Shown: piece after piece, positions 37,022 through 48,808 of the stretch
How positions within the stretch are numbered: position 1 is the first letter of the stretch
Layout of the letters: every line of letters begins with the position of its first letter
Assembly: GCA_963514005.1 (NCBI GenBank)
Contig: OY740809.1
Span: forward strand, 18,290,001 to 18,354,000
Reading direction: 5' to 3'
Length of the DNA: 64,000 nucleotides
Source: Raja brachyura
Lineage: Eukaryota
The notes under the pieces: model-generated
Told to the model about the DNA's origin: nothing
The model's database searches: none
The model's input: the letters and a program-made list of their open reading frames with translations, nothing else
Program-made: the position numbers and the translations under genes

Positions 37022-37400
37022 GAAGATAAACACAAAGTGCTGGAGTAAATCAGCGAAATCTCTCTGGAGAAAACGGATGGGTGACGTTTCGGGTCAGAAC
37101 TCTTCTTCATCGACCCGAAACTTCACCCAACCTTTTTCGCCTGAGATGCTGCCTGACTCGCTGAGTTACTCCGGCACTTTGTGTCTATGGTATAGACCAG
37201 CATCTGCAGTTCCTTCTTACACAAATTAACAGGAAATATTGATACAAGGAACTGCAGATGCTGGTTTAAAAAAAAAGACACAAAATGCTGGAGTGGGTCA
37301 GTTTGAAAGAGGGTTCTGACCTGAAATGTCACCTATCTATGTTCTCCAGCGATACTGCCTGATCTGCTGAGTTACTCCAGCACTTTGTGCCTTTTTTTTA
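37022..37400. mobile_element. Two adjacent fold-back Penelope pLTR elements (37022-37222 and about 37240-37400)
   Basis: The first is flanked by AAATTAACAGG at 37011-37021 and 37223-37233. Confidence 0.82.
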
Positions 37401-37691
37401 ACAGTGAATGCTGCAGTGTCCCTGGCTCTAGCTGACTTCCTGTCATCACCCTGTCATTCCTTACAATATACAGACAGAAGGAAGGTTCCTGTAAAGAAAT
37501 CCACTCTTAATACTGTTCAGAGATTTTAAATTATCAGCGGCACAATATTTTGACGAACTAATTTTGACTTTCAAATCAATTTCTATAAATCATATAAATG
37601 TAGCAACGTTAAATGCCCTACTTTGTGAATATCTTCGGATTAAACCTGCATCTGCAGTTCCTGCCTACAAATACAAGGATATATATTTTTT

Positions 37692-37830
37692 AAGAAACAT
37701 TTAGACAGCTGCATGGATAGGACAGATTTAGAAGGATATGGGTCAAGCGCAGGCAGGTGGGACATGTTGGTCGGTGTGGGCAAGTTGGGCCGAGGGGCCT
37801 AGTTCCACATTGTATCAATCTATGACTATG
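37692..37830 (+). mobile_element. CR1 3' end
   Basis: catggataggacag..gggccgaggggcct..ctatgactatg. Confidence 0.8.
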
Positions 37831-37969
37831 CACGTGTATTCTGGGCTTAATTTTCATGGAATGAATGACAAGCCAGCAGTTCCTGCTGGTATATAAGCAG
37901 GTGGATTTCATTGGACTTAACCTGAACAGAAATGCTGTGGGTTTCTGAACAACCACACCCACTATATGC

Positions 37970-38165
37970 CAAACACAAAGTGCTGGAGGGACTCAGCAGG
38001 TCAGGCTGCAGCAGTGCCCTTCTTCTGTCCTGACCCGAAACACCCCCATTCAATTCCTTCCACAGATGAGTCTGAAGAAGGGTTCCGATCTGAAGCATCA
38101 CCTATCCATGTCCTCCAGCGGTCCTGCCTAACCTGCTGAGTAACTCCACCACTTTGTGTTCTACT
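37970..38165. mobile_element. Rearranged fold-back Penelope pLTR element
   Basis: acacaaagtgctgg .. ccaccactttgtgt arms; two HHR remnants. Confidence 0.72.
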
Positions 38166-39336
38166 CATGATCTGAACTAAATGCTTGTCTAATAGGTATC
38201 AACAATTATAAACAAGAGCCAAAACTTTATTGATAACATCTCCACACCAAGTGCCACTACGTATCTGTCTCTGTACCTCCACCATTCTCTTTCTGAATCA
38301 TATGATATTGATCCCATTTTATTTTGGCACAATTATTTGATGCAGCGTTATCTCAGGTTCATTCGCAGGGCAGTGAGTTCCAGTTCACAAAATCCTTCAT
38401 GTTGTTGCATTTGGTGCATTATTATCCCTTACACCGTGCTTGAGATCTGTGACAGAGCCTTCTGCGTACCTGCCTTCCCCAGCGCTGTGCTTATTCCACC
38501 TGCAGGATGAGGAGTTGTGGCAGCATCGCTGCACGTTAATGAGAATACACAGCCAGCCTGGAATATGCATGAATGGAAAGAATCAATGCTGTCTCCCAGT
38601 TGGTCCCTGAGCCAATCTTCCCTGCAGCCAAAGAAAGACACATGGATACCGGCAAAAATTACACTGTCGGTCAGAACGGATGGGTTGAGAACCAAATCTG
38701 CCTCAGCCAGCAACATGGTTCTCACTTATGTCTTGAGGCCTCCAGCTCTGTGTCTCCAGAGAAGAGGAATGCTTTCTGGTATGCCACTTATCTTCAGTCG
38801 TGATCAGTGGCAGGACGTTAATGCACCCGCAGTATTAGAATCATAGAACATCTCGGCATGATTAACATTCCAAAGTCAGTGTTCAGCAAGTGAAAGCCAA
38901 GGGATTTCTGACTCCAGTAAACAGTTAGATTACAGATATTGATTTGGCCGTGATCTAATACACAGCTAATCGCCAGATGTGGTACATTGTGCTTGAAAGC
39001 AAAAGGCGATTTGCAATTTATATTTCCCAACTGATTAAAGTAAAGCAGTGTTTAAATTATTTCCAGATATTTTATCTGTTTCGGAGTGTTACGCTCTTAT
39101 TGAAAATTAAATAAAGAGCTTAATCGATTATTCTTCAAATATTATTCCACACAGTGAGATGTGGGTGGTGAGAGTTGGAACAAGAGGCGCACATTAACAC
39201 AAAAGTTTTCTGGTTTAATATTTATTTCAAATGCACTTGATGGAATGATGCCGAGGCAGGTGGAATGGGTAGGAGTTGAATGAGTCGGGGAAGCAGCTAT
39301 TCCGTTAGGTTTAAAGGGATTATTGAGTTTACAGAT

Positions 39337-39670
39337 CATAAGAGATACAGAACGGAAATGGGTCATTCAGCCTTTCAAGTTCGCAATGATCACTCATTCA
39401 CATTCGTTCCATGTAATCCCACCTTTTCATCCACTCCCTACACATTAGGGGCAATTTTGCAGAGGCCAATTAGCCTACAAACTCACAACTCAAATTTCAC
39501 TGCACCAATTGGTGTATGTGACATAAATGTCCTTTGTCTTTGCAATGTGGTAGGAAACTGGAGCACCTGGAGGAAATGGTCACAGGAAGAATATGCAAAC
39601 TCCACACAGACAGCACCCAAGGTCAAGATTAAACCCAGGTCACTGGAGCTGCAAGGCAGCGGGCTCTATC
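39337..39670 (-). mobile_element. V-SINE with a LINE-tail micro-insertion (39488-39542, +)
   Basis: The SINE body is interrupted by actcaaatttcactgcaccaattggtgtatgtgacataaa. Confidence 0.75.
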
Positions 39671-40149
39671 ACCTGCAGTGCAAAGGATTCCTTGTAGCAC
39701 AAATCCTTCCCTCCAGCACACAAGGATTCCTCACAATCGGTCAAAATATAGTGCCTTGCAGTGGCCACTACTGCCATTGTTTTGCTATCACAACACGTTG
39801 CTGGAATTAAATTTCGCAGGTCATTCATGGTGTTAGCCTTGTCTTCAATGGTCTGTAACTAATTGCTATGTAATCCTTCCCTTTTTGCGTTGTTGGGGTG
39901 TCATTCACGCATTCAGTTGAATGGAAGAAAGAAGAATATGCCACGACGTAGCACTTAAAGACCACTTGCCTGCCCTCCTCTGACCACAACCCCCACCCAC
40001 CCTTAGCGTGTCTTCACCATCCCCCCTGACCTCCCCCTTTCCATTACGGAATGGTCTGTCCTCAAAAGAGGCCCCACCTTTGCTCTGCTCCGCCCCCACC
40101 TCAACGGGTCCCGGGTCGACCATGATGTAGTGTTTAAAGTACATTTTCC

Positions 40150-40311
40150 TTGAGCTTCATCTCTTTTGATCTCTTTCACTTTCTTGTCTCTGTAACTGCC
40201 TCTCCCGTGACTCAGTCTGAAGATGGGTCTCGACTCAAAATGTCACACATTCCTTCTATCCAAAAATGCTGCCTGTCCTGCTGAGTTACTCCAGCATTTT
40301 GTGTCTATCTT
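40150..40311 (+). mobile_element. Penelope 3'UTR/pLTR
   Basis: tgactcagtctgaagatgggtctcgactcaaaatgtc..gtgtctatcttc. Confidence 0.8.
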
Positions 40312-40603
40312 CGAGAAGAATAATGGTTTGCTTTGAAAATTACACTCTTTTATAGTTTGTGCTACCTTCCAACATGATTTTATTTTGCAATCTAAAGCTT
40401 GATTAATGAACTTCTCAACATTAATGTTGATTAAGTAGCTCATTAGGCACTTGATAAATGCTAAAGAATCATTATTACAAATGCATCATGACTAGCTAAT
40501 GTTTGTGATTCTCACAGATGGAGTGTAAAGAACTGCATCTTTCAAGATGTTGATATTTTTTTGGAACTGAGGATTTTTTTTTCTTTTTCCTTTTGACTGA
40601 GTG

Positions 40604-40925
40604 AAACATAGAAACATAGAAAAATTGGTGCAGGAGGAGGCCATTCGGCCCTTCGTGCCAGCACCGCCATTCATTGTGATCATGGCTGATCGTCCCCAAT
40701 CAATAACCCGTGCCTGCCTTCTCCCCATATCCCATGATTCCACTAGCCCTAGAGCTCTATCTAACTCTCTCTTAAATCCATCCAGTGATTTGGCCTCCAC
40801 TGCATCTTGGGGCAGGGAATTCCACATATTCACAACACTGGGTGAAAAGGTTTTTTCTCACCTCAGTCTTAAATGGCCTCCCTTTTATTCTAAGACTGTG
40901 ACCCCTGGTTTTGGACTCACCCAAT
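40604..40925 (-). mobile_element. CR1 3' end
   Basis: (gaaacata)n tail; WNSLPQDAVEAKSLDGFKRELDRAL. Confidence 0.9.
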
Positions 40926-41203
40926 GTATTCCCCAAGACTCTGAGAGTGAGGACACAAGTGCTGGAGTAACTCAGCAGGTCAGGCAGCATTCCTGGAGAC
41001 TGTGGATAGGTGATGTTTCAGGTTGAGATTCACGTTGGGTCCAGCAATCTGCCTATCAACAACACCCCCCTCTCCCTAACCTATGTCATCTATTATCTGC
41101 ATGCTTTGTCCAGCCCCTCCAGATTTCTCCCCCAACCACCATGTTGCAAAAATTCTTGTAGGGTCCCGACCCAAAAATCAACTCTCCAAGAATGATGCCT
41201 TAA

Positions 41204-41520
41204 ACCCCTGTCCCATGGTACGAGTTCATTCCAAGAGTTCTCCCGAGTTTGCCCTGATTCGAACTCGGAGATTTACGGTAATGGCCAATCGTCGGTACTT
41301 GGGGCTCTCGTGGACATTTTTCATCATGTTGAAAAATCTTCACGAGTCTTCCCGTGTATACCTGACATTAGCGAGTCTTCCCGAGTTCCTGCCGTTAGTG
41401 CTAAGAGATGTCCCCGAGCTCCGACGTACCCGCTACGTTCATTCTCCGTGCTTACCACGAGTTTGATTTTCTTTAACTCGGGAGAGCTCTTGGAATGCAG
41501 TCGCACCGTGGAACAGGGCT
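41204..41520. mobile_element. Harbinger-type MITE (distinct family)
   Basis: ACCCCTGTCCCATGGTACGAGTTCATTCCAAGAG...CTCTTGGAATGCAGTCGCACCGTGGAACAGGGCT. Confidence 0.82.
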
Positions 41521-41524
41521 ATTA

Positions 41525-41903
41525 AGGGCCTGTCCCACTGGGCGATTTCTTTAGGTGACTGTCATAGCCGTAGCAGGTTGCCGAAAAACCGGCGACTGGA
41601 CTAATGGGCCTGTCGACAATGGAATTCACCAAAGTCAGCACCGGCGGCAACCTACGTCATCCTGGTGACAACCTACAACAATCTACGGCAGCACCTACGT
41701 CAGGAGAAGACAAGCTACGACAAGCCCACGCTCGCCAACTAGTTTTGAACATTTCAAAATCCAACAGCAACCAGAAAAACGCTACGACTCTTTGGGCAGT
41801 GAGGAGACTACTCACGACCATACAGGCAACACCCGGGCGACCGTGTGGTGACAGCCTAGTCGCAGGCAGTTGCCTAAAATATCGCCTAAGTGGGACAGGC
41901 CCT
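41525..41903. mobile_element. Composite Harbinger-type MITE, same family as 29262-29743, opposite orientation
   Basis: AGGGCCTGTCCCACT...AGTGGGACAGGCCCT; internal TAATGGGCCTGTC at 41602-41614. Confidence 0.85.
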
Positions 41904-42170
41904 TAACCTGCTAAGTTATCCCAGCACTTTGTATCATTTTTTACTCTCTTTCTCAGTTCTAATGAAGAGTCCTGAATCTGAATCTGGATGCAGCCTGTCC
42001 TGTTGTGTGTTTCCAGTTTTTCTGTTTTTATTTCAGGTTTCCGTCATCTGCAGTTTGTTTTAATTTTTAAAGAATGCCTTGCTCAAATTGTTTGAAGTGT
42101 AATTCATTGCACTGAGAATTGCTGACGTTACCCACATATCATCGTGAGACAAGGCTGGTAATATCAATGA

Positions 42171-42261
42171 GGATAGACACAAAAGTAACTCAGCGGATCA
42201 GGCAGCATCTCTGGAGAGAAGGAATGGGTGATGTTTCGGATTGAGACCCTTCTGCTTAAGA
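42171..42261 (-). mobile_element. Solo Penelope pLTR with 11-bp TSD
   Basis: AATATCAATGA at 42160-42170 and 42262-42272. Confidence 0.78.
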
Positions 42262-42624
42262 AATATCAATGACAAGACGGAGACTGTGGAGGGTCCTAAT
42301 AGCACAAGAACGAGGGGACCTTACCGGCGTAGCCCGAACGTGGGGACCTTACCGATATCTATGATGGAGTCCTATTTGAATAACCTTGAGCAGATTCCTA
42401 TGTGGACTGATGATTGGGTTGACCTCAAACAGGGTGGATGGGAACAATAAGCGGCACTCGTAGTTTTCTGCAAGAGGACTCACCTGGTTATTGTATGTTT
42501 GGAAGGAGATGAAAATGGGACTTTCTTTAAAATCAAGATTAAGGTGTGCAAACACCTAAAGTCTTCTTAATAATAGTGATTTCAACATTCCTAAAAATAG
42601 AATTGGGCTGCCATTGAATATTTT

Positions 42625-42938
42625 GTTTGGTTTAGAGATACAGCATGGGAACAGGCCCTGCGGCCTACTGAGTCCGCGCCGACCAGCGATCCCCACACAT
42701 TAACGCTATCCTACACACACTAGGGGCAATTTACACATACACCAAGCCAATTAACCTACATACCTGTACGTCTTTGGAGAGTGGGAGGAAACCAAAGATC
42801 TCAGTGAAAACCCACACGGTCACAGGGAGAACGTACAAACTCCATAAAGACAGCACCCATAGTTGGGACCGAACCCGGGTCTCCGGCGCTGCAAGCGCTG
42901 TGAGGCAGCAACTCTACTGCTGCCCCAATGTGCCGCCC
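42625..42938 (-). mobile_element. V-SINE
   Basis: Complete head, V-domain and tail; flanks aatattt(t)gttt resemble a TSD. Confidence 0.9.
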
Positions 42939-43139
42939 TAATATTTGTTTCAGATTTCTTGCATTGTCACATTACCTCACACATCCACAGAACGTGCCTG
43001 GATACCTTGTTCAAAGTACAGCAAATGAGTGAACCTGTTATTTTGTTCTCTTGATGTTAATTAAAGGAAAGGTGTTATCCAAAAACTCTCAGAGAGTTAA
43101 GCTGCACTTCAAATAGTGCGGGGGAATCTTACACCGACC

Positions 43140-43300
43140 CGGGAACACAGATGGGAGCTTGATGTAATCCCACATTTGAAAAATGCCACTTCCGACAGAG
43201 CAGAGCTCCCACAGTAATACACAGTGAAATGCTAAAGTAGATTAAAGCCTGAAGGCCTTGTTGTGAAGCTTGAAAGCACTGTAACTCAAAGCCGCTCGCT
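43140..43300 (-). mobile_element. Ancient Deu-SINE 5' remnant
   Basis: Minus strand tactgtgggagctctgctctgtcggaagtggcatttttc..aagctcccatctg. Confidence 0.45.
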
Positions 43301-44034
43301 ATCGGTGACATAAAGCTGACACAAGTAAAAATTATTTTGTCATGTCATCTAAAGTAATTATATCTACCCAAAGTTAATTCCAAATCCTCTAATAATTGGC
43401 ATAGAGCATGTGAAGATGTCCAGCACCTCAGGTGGATTGTGCCCTCATCATAACATGTAGGTTATGCATGATATCCTGTTATAACAATATTATATCTTTC
43501 ACCTTCATTATGTTACCGTCCAAGAGGCTAATCAATTAAAGTATTATGACATGTCCGACCTTCGGCTCACCCTGTGAATAATTATCCGTATACAATAACA
43601 ATCGGTGCTTCAAACCATGTATTAGATCAAGGCCGTTACTGGGAGAATGTGCCAAGAACGACACAAGGTGAGAGATAATTCAGTAAAAAGACTTGTTGCT
43701 TTATTTAATTTGTCCGTAGGGCCTTTCATTTCCCTTTCATTGCTTATTGGATAATTGTTGGCTAGCAGAGATTTTATGGAAAGATCATTTAGGAGATTGA
43801 TTCTGATGAAGTAACAAACCAAGAAATCAGAGTGGTTTATGAACGATAACTTGAATAGCTACTTCAAGATAGTTTTTCCCGCCCAACAAGAAAATAAAAC
43901 GTCATGATCTTCGCGAGATCCTGAATCCCCTTTGAGAATTCTATCACAAACGCACGCCTTTTATATATCCTATATACAATTCCACGGAGCACCAATTGTT
44001 TATTCATTTTTAAATAATGCATGCAGTAAAAAAA

Positions 44035-45030
44035 ATTGTCGATGCAGGAAACAAATATTGAAATCGCTCAGGAGTTCAAGTGCCCAGAGAAACTGAGTCA
44101 ATGCTTTGGGTCAAGGAACCTTCATTGAAGCTGGAAAGGTGAGAAAAGAAGAGTGTTGCAAGCAGGAAGAGGGTAAAGAGAGGGAATGCCTATGGTAAGG
44201 TGCAAGATGCAAAGTTGCCACGGTAACAATCACTTCGGAAACTAACAGTTAGAAACCAAAGTGATAAAAGGAAATACATTTAATTGGAAATGTACAACTA
44301 CATCTGTGGAAAGAGAAGACAAAAGGAAGTGTTAACTGAAATTATTAAATTCAATATTGAGTTCCAGGGCTCCGATATACCGACAAATGGAAAATGAGGT
44401 TTAGAGCTACAGCACGGAAATAGGCCCTTCGGCCAACCAAGTCCGTGCCGACCAGCCATCCCCGCACATTAACATTACCCTACACACACTAGGGCCAATT
44501 TTACATTTACACCAAGCCAATTAACTGACAAACCTGTACGTCTTTGGAGTGTGGGAGGAAACCAAAGAACTCGGAGAAAACCCACGCAGGTCACGGGGAG
44601 AACGTACAAACTCCGTACAGACAGCACCCATAGTCGGGATCGATCCCGGGTCTCTGGCGCTGTAAAGTAGTAGCTCTCTACCGCTGCGCTACTAATTAGG
44701 AACAACAACCATGCTGTTCCTCAAGCTTATTTTGAGCATGACTAGAACAATATAAGAGACTGAGCGGTCACAGTGGGAGTGGGGTGGGGAATGGAAGTGA
44801 CAGGTGACTGGAAGCACCAGGTCACCCTTGCAGACTACCTTGCAAAGTGTTCAGCCAATCTGGATTGGTTTCTTCAGCAGGGAGCAGATCATGTCTTGAG
44901 CACTGAATGAAATACATTCAATTGGGAAAAAAGTCTGAGTGAATTGTGGCTTCACTTCATGGTGAGAGGAGATGAGATAACAGAGCAAGTGCTGCACCTC
45001 CTGTGGTTATGAAGGAAAGTGCTGAAAGAA
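44035..45030 (-). mobile_element. Old Penelope 3' portion (GIY-YIG + pLTR), split by a V-SINE at 44400-44692
   Basis: aattcaatattgag..aaaatgagg | tgctgttcctcaagctta.. continues across the SINE. Confidence 0.65.
44400..44692 (-). mobile_element. V-SINE (young)
   Basis: CpG-rich and close to the other copies. Confidence 0.9.
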
Positions 45031-45189
45031 GAAAATACATAGATGACTTTTAATCCCTGTTGACAGAGTCGAGGGAATCATTGATGTGTGGGAGAGGTAC
45101 AGATGGCATATCCTCCCAACCCAAACTAATGAAACTCATCTGAGCAGAAAAATAGTTCTCAGTCCACCAGAGTACAATTCCCCTGTCTG

Positions 45190-45295
45190 TAGGTTCGATG
45201 ACGGGGTCAGAAGAAGTCTCCCAATCCGAAACGTCATTTGTCCATTTTCCTCCATAGATGCTGCTTAACCCCCTGAGTTCCTCCAAGAGTTTGTT
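45190..45295 (+). mobile_element. Penelope pLTR fragment
   Basis: gtcagaagaag..ccgaaacgtc..gatgctgc..gagttcctcc. Confidence 0.65.
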
Positions 45296-45384
45296 TGTTT
45301 TATTCTCATTCCTCAGATTGTGGCTACTGGACCATAATCACAACTTCACTCCTTCTGTGACAATGACAGTATATTAGCATTGGA

Positions 45385-45735
45385 TTAGTTATTAATTAGT
45401 TACTAATTAATTAATTAATTAGTGGATACATTTAATGGCCAAGTATTCACAAACAAGGAATTTGCCTTGGTGCTCCGCCCGCAAGTGACAACGACAAACA
45501 GTGACAGTTAGGAATGACACATAAAACAGTAAACATTAATAATGAAACATTATTGATTAAACATGTGATTTAAATAAAATACCAGAGCAAAAGGAGGCTA
45601 CAGATTTTTGGTTATTGAATAGAACTGCCACTCGTGATGAAAAAAGCTGTTTTTATGTCTGGCTGCGGCAGTTTTGACAGTCCGGAGTTGCCTTCCAGAA
45701 GTGATTCAAAGAGTTTGTGGCCAGGGTGAGAGGGG
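45385..45735 (-). mobile_element. Rex/Babar 3' end with (TAAT)n tail
   Basis: aaaaagctgttttt..gccttccaga..agtttgtggccagggtg. Confidence 0.75.
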
Positions 45736-46139
45736 CATCAAACCCCTTATTATGCGCATCAATCCCCTTATTATTTGAGGTGTTGGCCCCAGAGTATTGT
45801 TCCAGAGATACCCTTTCCATCCAGTTTACTCTTTAAAAAAATATCCTTTGAGTAGGGATGGTTTTATGTTTTGGATAAATAATATTGTGCCTTCACTGGG
45901 CTATCCATTAGCCAATTAATTGAGCAATCCATGGGTCTAACCTGCTATGAGTTCCTGTATTTTATTTCATATAATGGGTACCGTGGTCATGTGGCTATGT
46001 TAATTTGAGGTTCAAATGACAATAAACTGTATTGTATTGAATTGTATTGATGTAACTGCTAATATTCACCGATATTTGCACATTATCTGGAAACATTCAT
46101 TCAAATCGCACCTTGAAAGCTTCCTTACTTAAATGCATT

Positions 46140-46385
46140 TGAAAATCTACAATGGTACCCGTAAAACTGCAAAAATGTTCCAAAAACTCATCTGATTTAC
46201 TAAATTTTGTTTTCCTTTCCCCTTTTCGCTATCTTGTAAGTAACTGCAGACACGCGAGCAACGTTGGCTTTTAATTGATTTTTTAACTGCCTTGCAAACC
46301 TTTTAGTTTGAGGACAATTAGTAATGGATAACAAATGCTGATTTTACACTAACACCCACAACCTGTAATGGAGTAAAGGAAAAGC
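46140..46385 (+). mobile_element. Old SINE, second family
   Basis: aaaactcatctgatttactaa..ggacaattagtaatggataacaaatgctg. Confidence 0.5.
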
Positions 46386-46944
46386 TATTTTTTAAGCGAT
46401 GAAACCACTTATAAATCACAACACTTGACATATGTTTGTGTTTGTAGTTAATTCATTTGAATTATGGTATAATATTCCTATAAAAGCCAAGCATGAGGTT
46501 AGTTTAGCTGTCCAGCCACCAGAAAACATATCAATCAGTAGCTGTATCGTGTGCTAAAAGCGTTGTTCCAACATCAAATGTTATTGTCTTTGCTTAGAAT
46601 TCAACACACTTAATTATGTTGATTTTGAAATGTTGAGGAAAAGTATGGAATTGGTGATTGATATATGTTCAAAGTTATGTGTTCCATGTTTCTGAAGGCA
46701 GAACCCCTTACTGGTGTAAAGGCTTGACTGCCAGCAAAACCATGGCCAGGTCTAATCATAGCACAATGCTGACTGGTGCATTTGTATTAGACTGCCAACG
46801 TACGTTTGGCTTGGTTCCTGCTATCCCGCTGTAGTCAATGGGTCAGTTTATCCAACCCATGGACCAGCGGTTAAGAGATCCATTGCCAGTGATTTTTTTG
46901 TTTCTGGTCAAAAATCAACCAATGTGGTGGAGTCCCTTAGAGTA

Positions 46945-47090
46945 CGGCACGGTGGCGCAGCGATAGAGTTGCTGCTTTACAACGGCAGAGACCCGGGTTT
47001 GATCCTGACTACGGGGTTTGTACATTCTCCCCGTGACCTGCATGGGTTTTCTCCGGGTACTCCAGTTTCCTCCCACATTCCAAAGGTGTT
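46945..47090 (+). mobile_element. V-SINE 5' half
   Basis: ggcacggtggcgcagcgatagagttgctg head plus V-domain. Confidence 0.85.
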
Positions 47091-47328
47091 GCAACAATTA
47101 TACTATTTCACATGATGCTGAATATGCAGACAACGTCAGCTTAGAATAAAGTTCTGTATTTTAAAAAAGCCTTGAGTGAAGGTAACGTGTGAGCAAATTG
47201 CATAAACATTCCTGCAGAAAATTCCAAACGAATATTTGTGAATTTGAGCAGTGGGCGGGAGTTCCTCCCTGTGCTGCTGTATTGGATATGTGCTGGAAAT
47301 GAACCTCAAAACATACATTTTCTACCCC

Positions 47329-48680
47329 GCCGACTAGGGAGGTGCCGTGGTAGTCTGGCGCGTCGATCTCTACAAAGCGGAGGCCACGCACAAACTCTCG
47401 GACACCTCCTCGTACTTACCCCTGGACCATGACCCCACTGACGAGCAACAGGCCACCATCTCGACCACCATAACCGACTTCATCGACTCCGGCTCCCTAC
47501 CCCCCCGAGCCTCCAACCTCATCGTTTCCCAGCCCCGCACGGCCCGATTTTACCTTCTCCCCAAAATCCACAAACCTGACTGCCCCGGCAGACCCATTGT
47601 CTCTGCCTGTTCGTGCCCCACCGAACACATTTCCACATACCTTGATCCCATCCCACCCCCCTTGGCTAAATCCCTCCCCACCTATGTTCAAGACACCTCA
47701 GACACTCTCGGTCGGCTCTGCGCATTCCATTCTCCAGGCCCCCATCCTCTCATCTACACCATGGACATCCAATCACTCTGCACCTCCATCCCCCACCAGG
47801 ATGGTCTCAAAGCCCTCCGGTTCTTCCTCGACCAGAGGAGCAACCCATACCCGTCCACTGACACCCTCCTCCGCCTAGCGGAGCTGGTCCTTACCCTCAA
47901 TAACTTCTCTTTTGACTCCTCCCATTTCCTCCAAACACAAGGCGTAGCTATGAGCACACGCATGGGCCCGAGCTACGCTTGCCTCTTTGTCGGGTACATC
48001 GAACAATCCTTGTTCTCGGCATACCAGGGCCCCATCCCCGACCTCTACCTCCGTTACATCAATGACTGCTTTGGTGTCACCTCCTGCACCCACACACAAC
48101 TGACTGACTTCAGCCATTTCACCACCAACTTCCATCCGGCACTCAAATACACTTGGACCATTTTCGACACTTCCCTACCATTCCTTGACCTCACCATCTC
48201 TATTGCAGGAGATACACTCCTGACCGACATCCACTACAAGCCAACTGACTCCCACAGCTACCTGGACTACTCTTCCTCCCACCCTGCTTCCTGTAAGGAC
48301 TCCATCCCTTATTCCCAATTCCTCCGTCTACGCCGCATCTGCTCCCAGGATGAGGTGTTCCACTCCAGGTCATCACAAATGTCCTCATTCTTCACTCCTT
48401 TCAGGGACCCAAGCAGTCCTTCCAGGTCCGACAGAGGTTCACCTGTACCTCCTCCAACCTCATCTACTGCATCCGCTGCTCTAGATGCCAACTGATCTAT
48501 ATCGGTGAGACCAAGCGGAGGATGGGCGATCGTTTCGCCGAACACCACCGCTCGGTCCGCAATAACCAACCCGACCTCCTGGCTCAGCACTTCAACTCCC
48601 CCTCTCATTCCGTATCCGACCTTTCGGTCCTAGGCCTCCTCCATCTTCTGGGCTTGAACATTGAATTTTCTGAATTCTGT
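47329..48680 (+). pseudogene. Penelope RT-GIY-YIG polyprotein remnant
   Basis: YIDD changed to YIND, ADKGG to AD*GG, internal deletions near 48390 and 48645. Confidence 0.88.
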
Positions 48681-48771
48681 TAACCCTCCCCTTCCCACCT
48701 CTCCCCCTGCCCTTGGGCTCCTCCTCTTCATTTTTCCTTTCTTCTCCCCCCCCCCCCCCCCCAACTCCCAT

Positions 48772-48808
48772 CAGTCTGAAGAAGGGTTTTGGCCCGAAAC
48801 GTTGCCTA
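48772..48808 (+). ncRNA. Minimal type I hammerhead ribozyme in the Penelope pLTR
   Basis: agt-CTGAAGA-A-GGGTT-TT-GGCCC-GAAA-CG-TT-gcc; all core nucleotides present. Confidence 0.75.

Larger units (their letters stand above)
40950..42060. mobile_element. Penelope pLTR-derived sequence hosting two abutting MITEs
   Basis: gatgcctTAA [MITEs] TAAcctgctaagttatcccagcactttgt restores the pLTR arm. Confidence 0.65.

Noticed and set aside
39280-39810. 176-aa ORF
   Set aside because: Spans an antisense SINE plus a micro-insertion; no domain signal.
41522-41906. piggyBac/Kolobok assignment from TTAA flanks
   Set aside because: Sister copies show 3-bp TTA or TAA duplications (23288, 27731, 30826), which fits PIF/Harbinger better.
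42308-42354. 19-bp direct repeat GAACG(A/T)GGGGACCTTACCG
   Set aside because: Only two units; most likely a local duplication in an unrecognised repeat fragment.
47347-48495. 382-aa ORF as an active or domesticated reverse transcriptase
   Set aside because: 5'-truncated, catalytic DD changed to ND, upstream in-frame stop, and the endonuclease is out of frame after a deletion.
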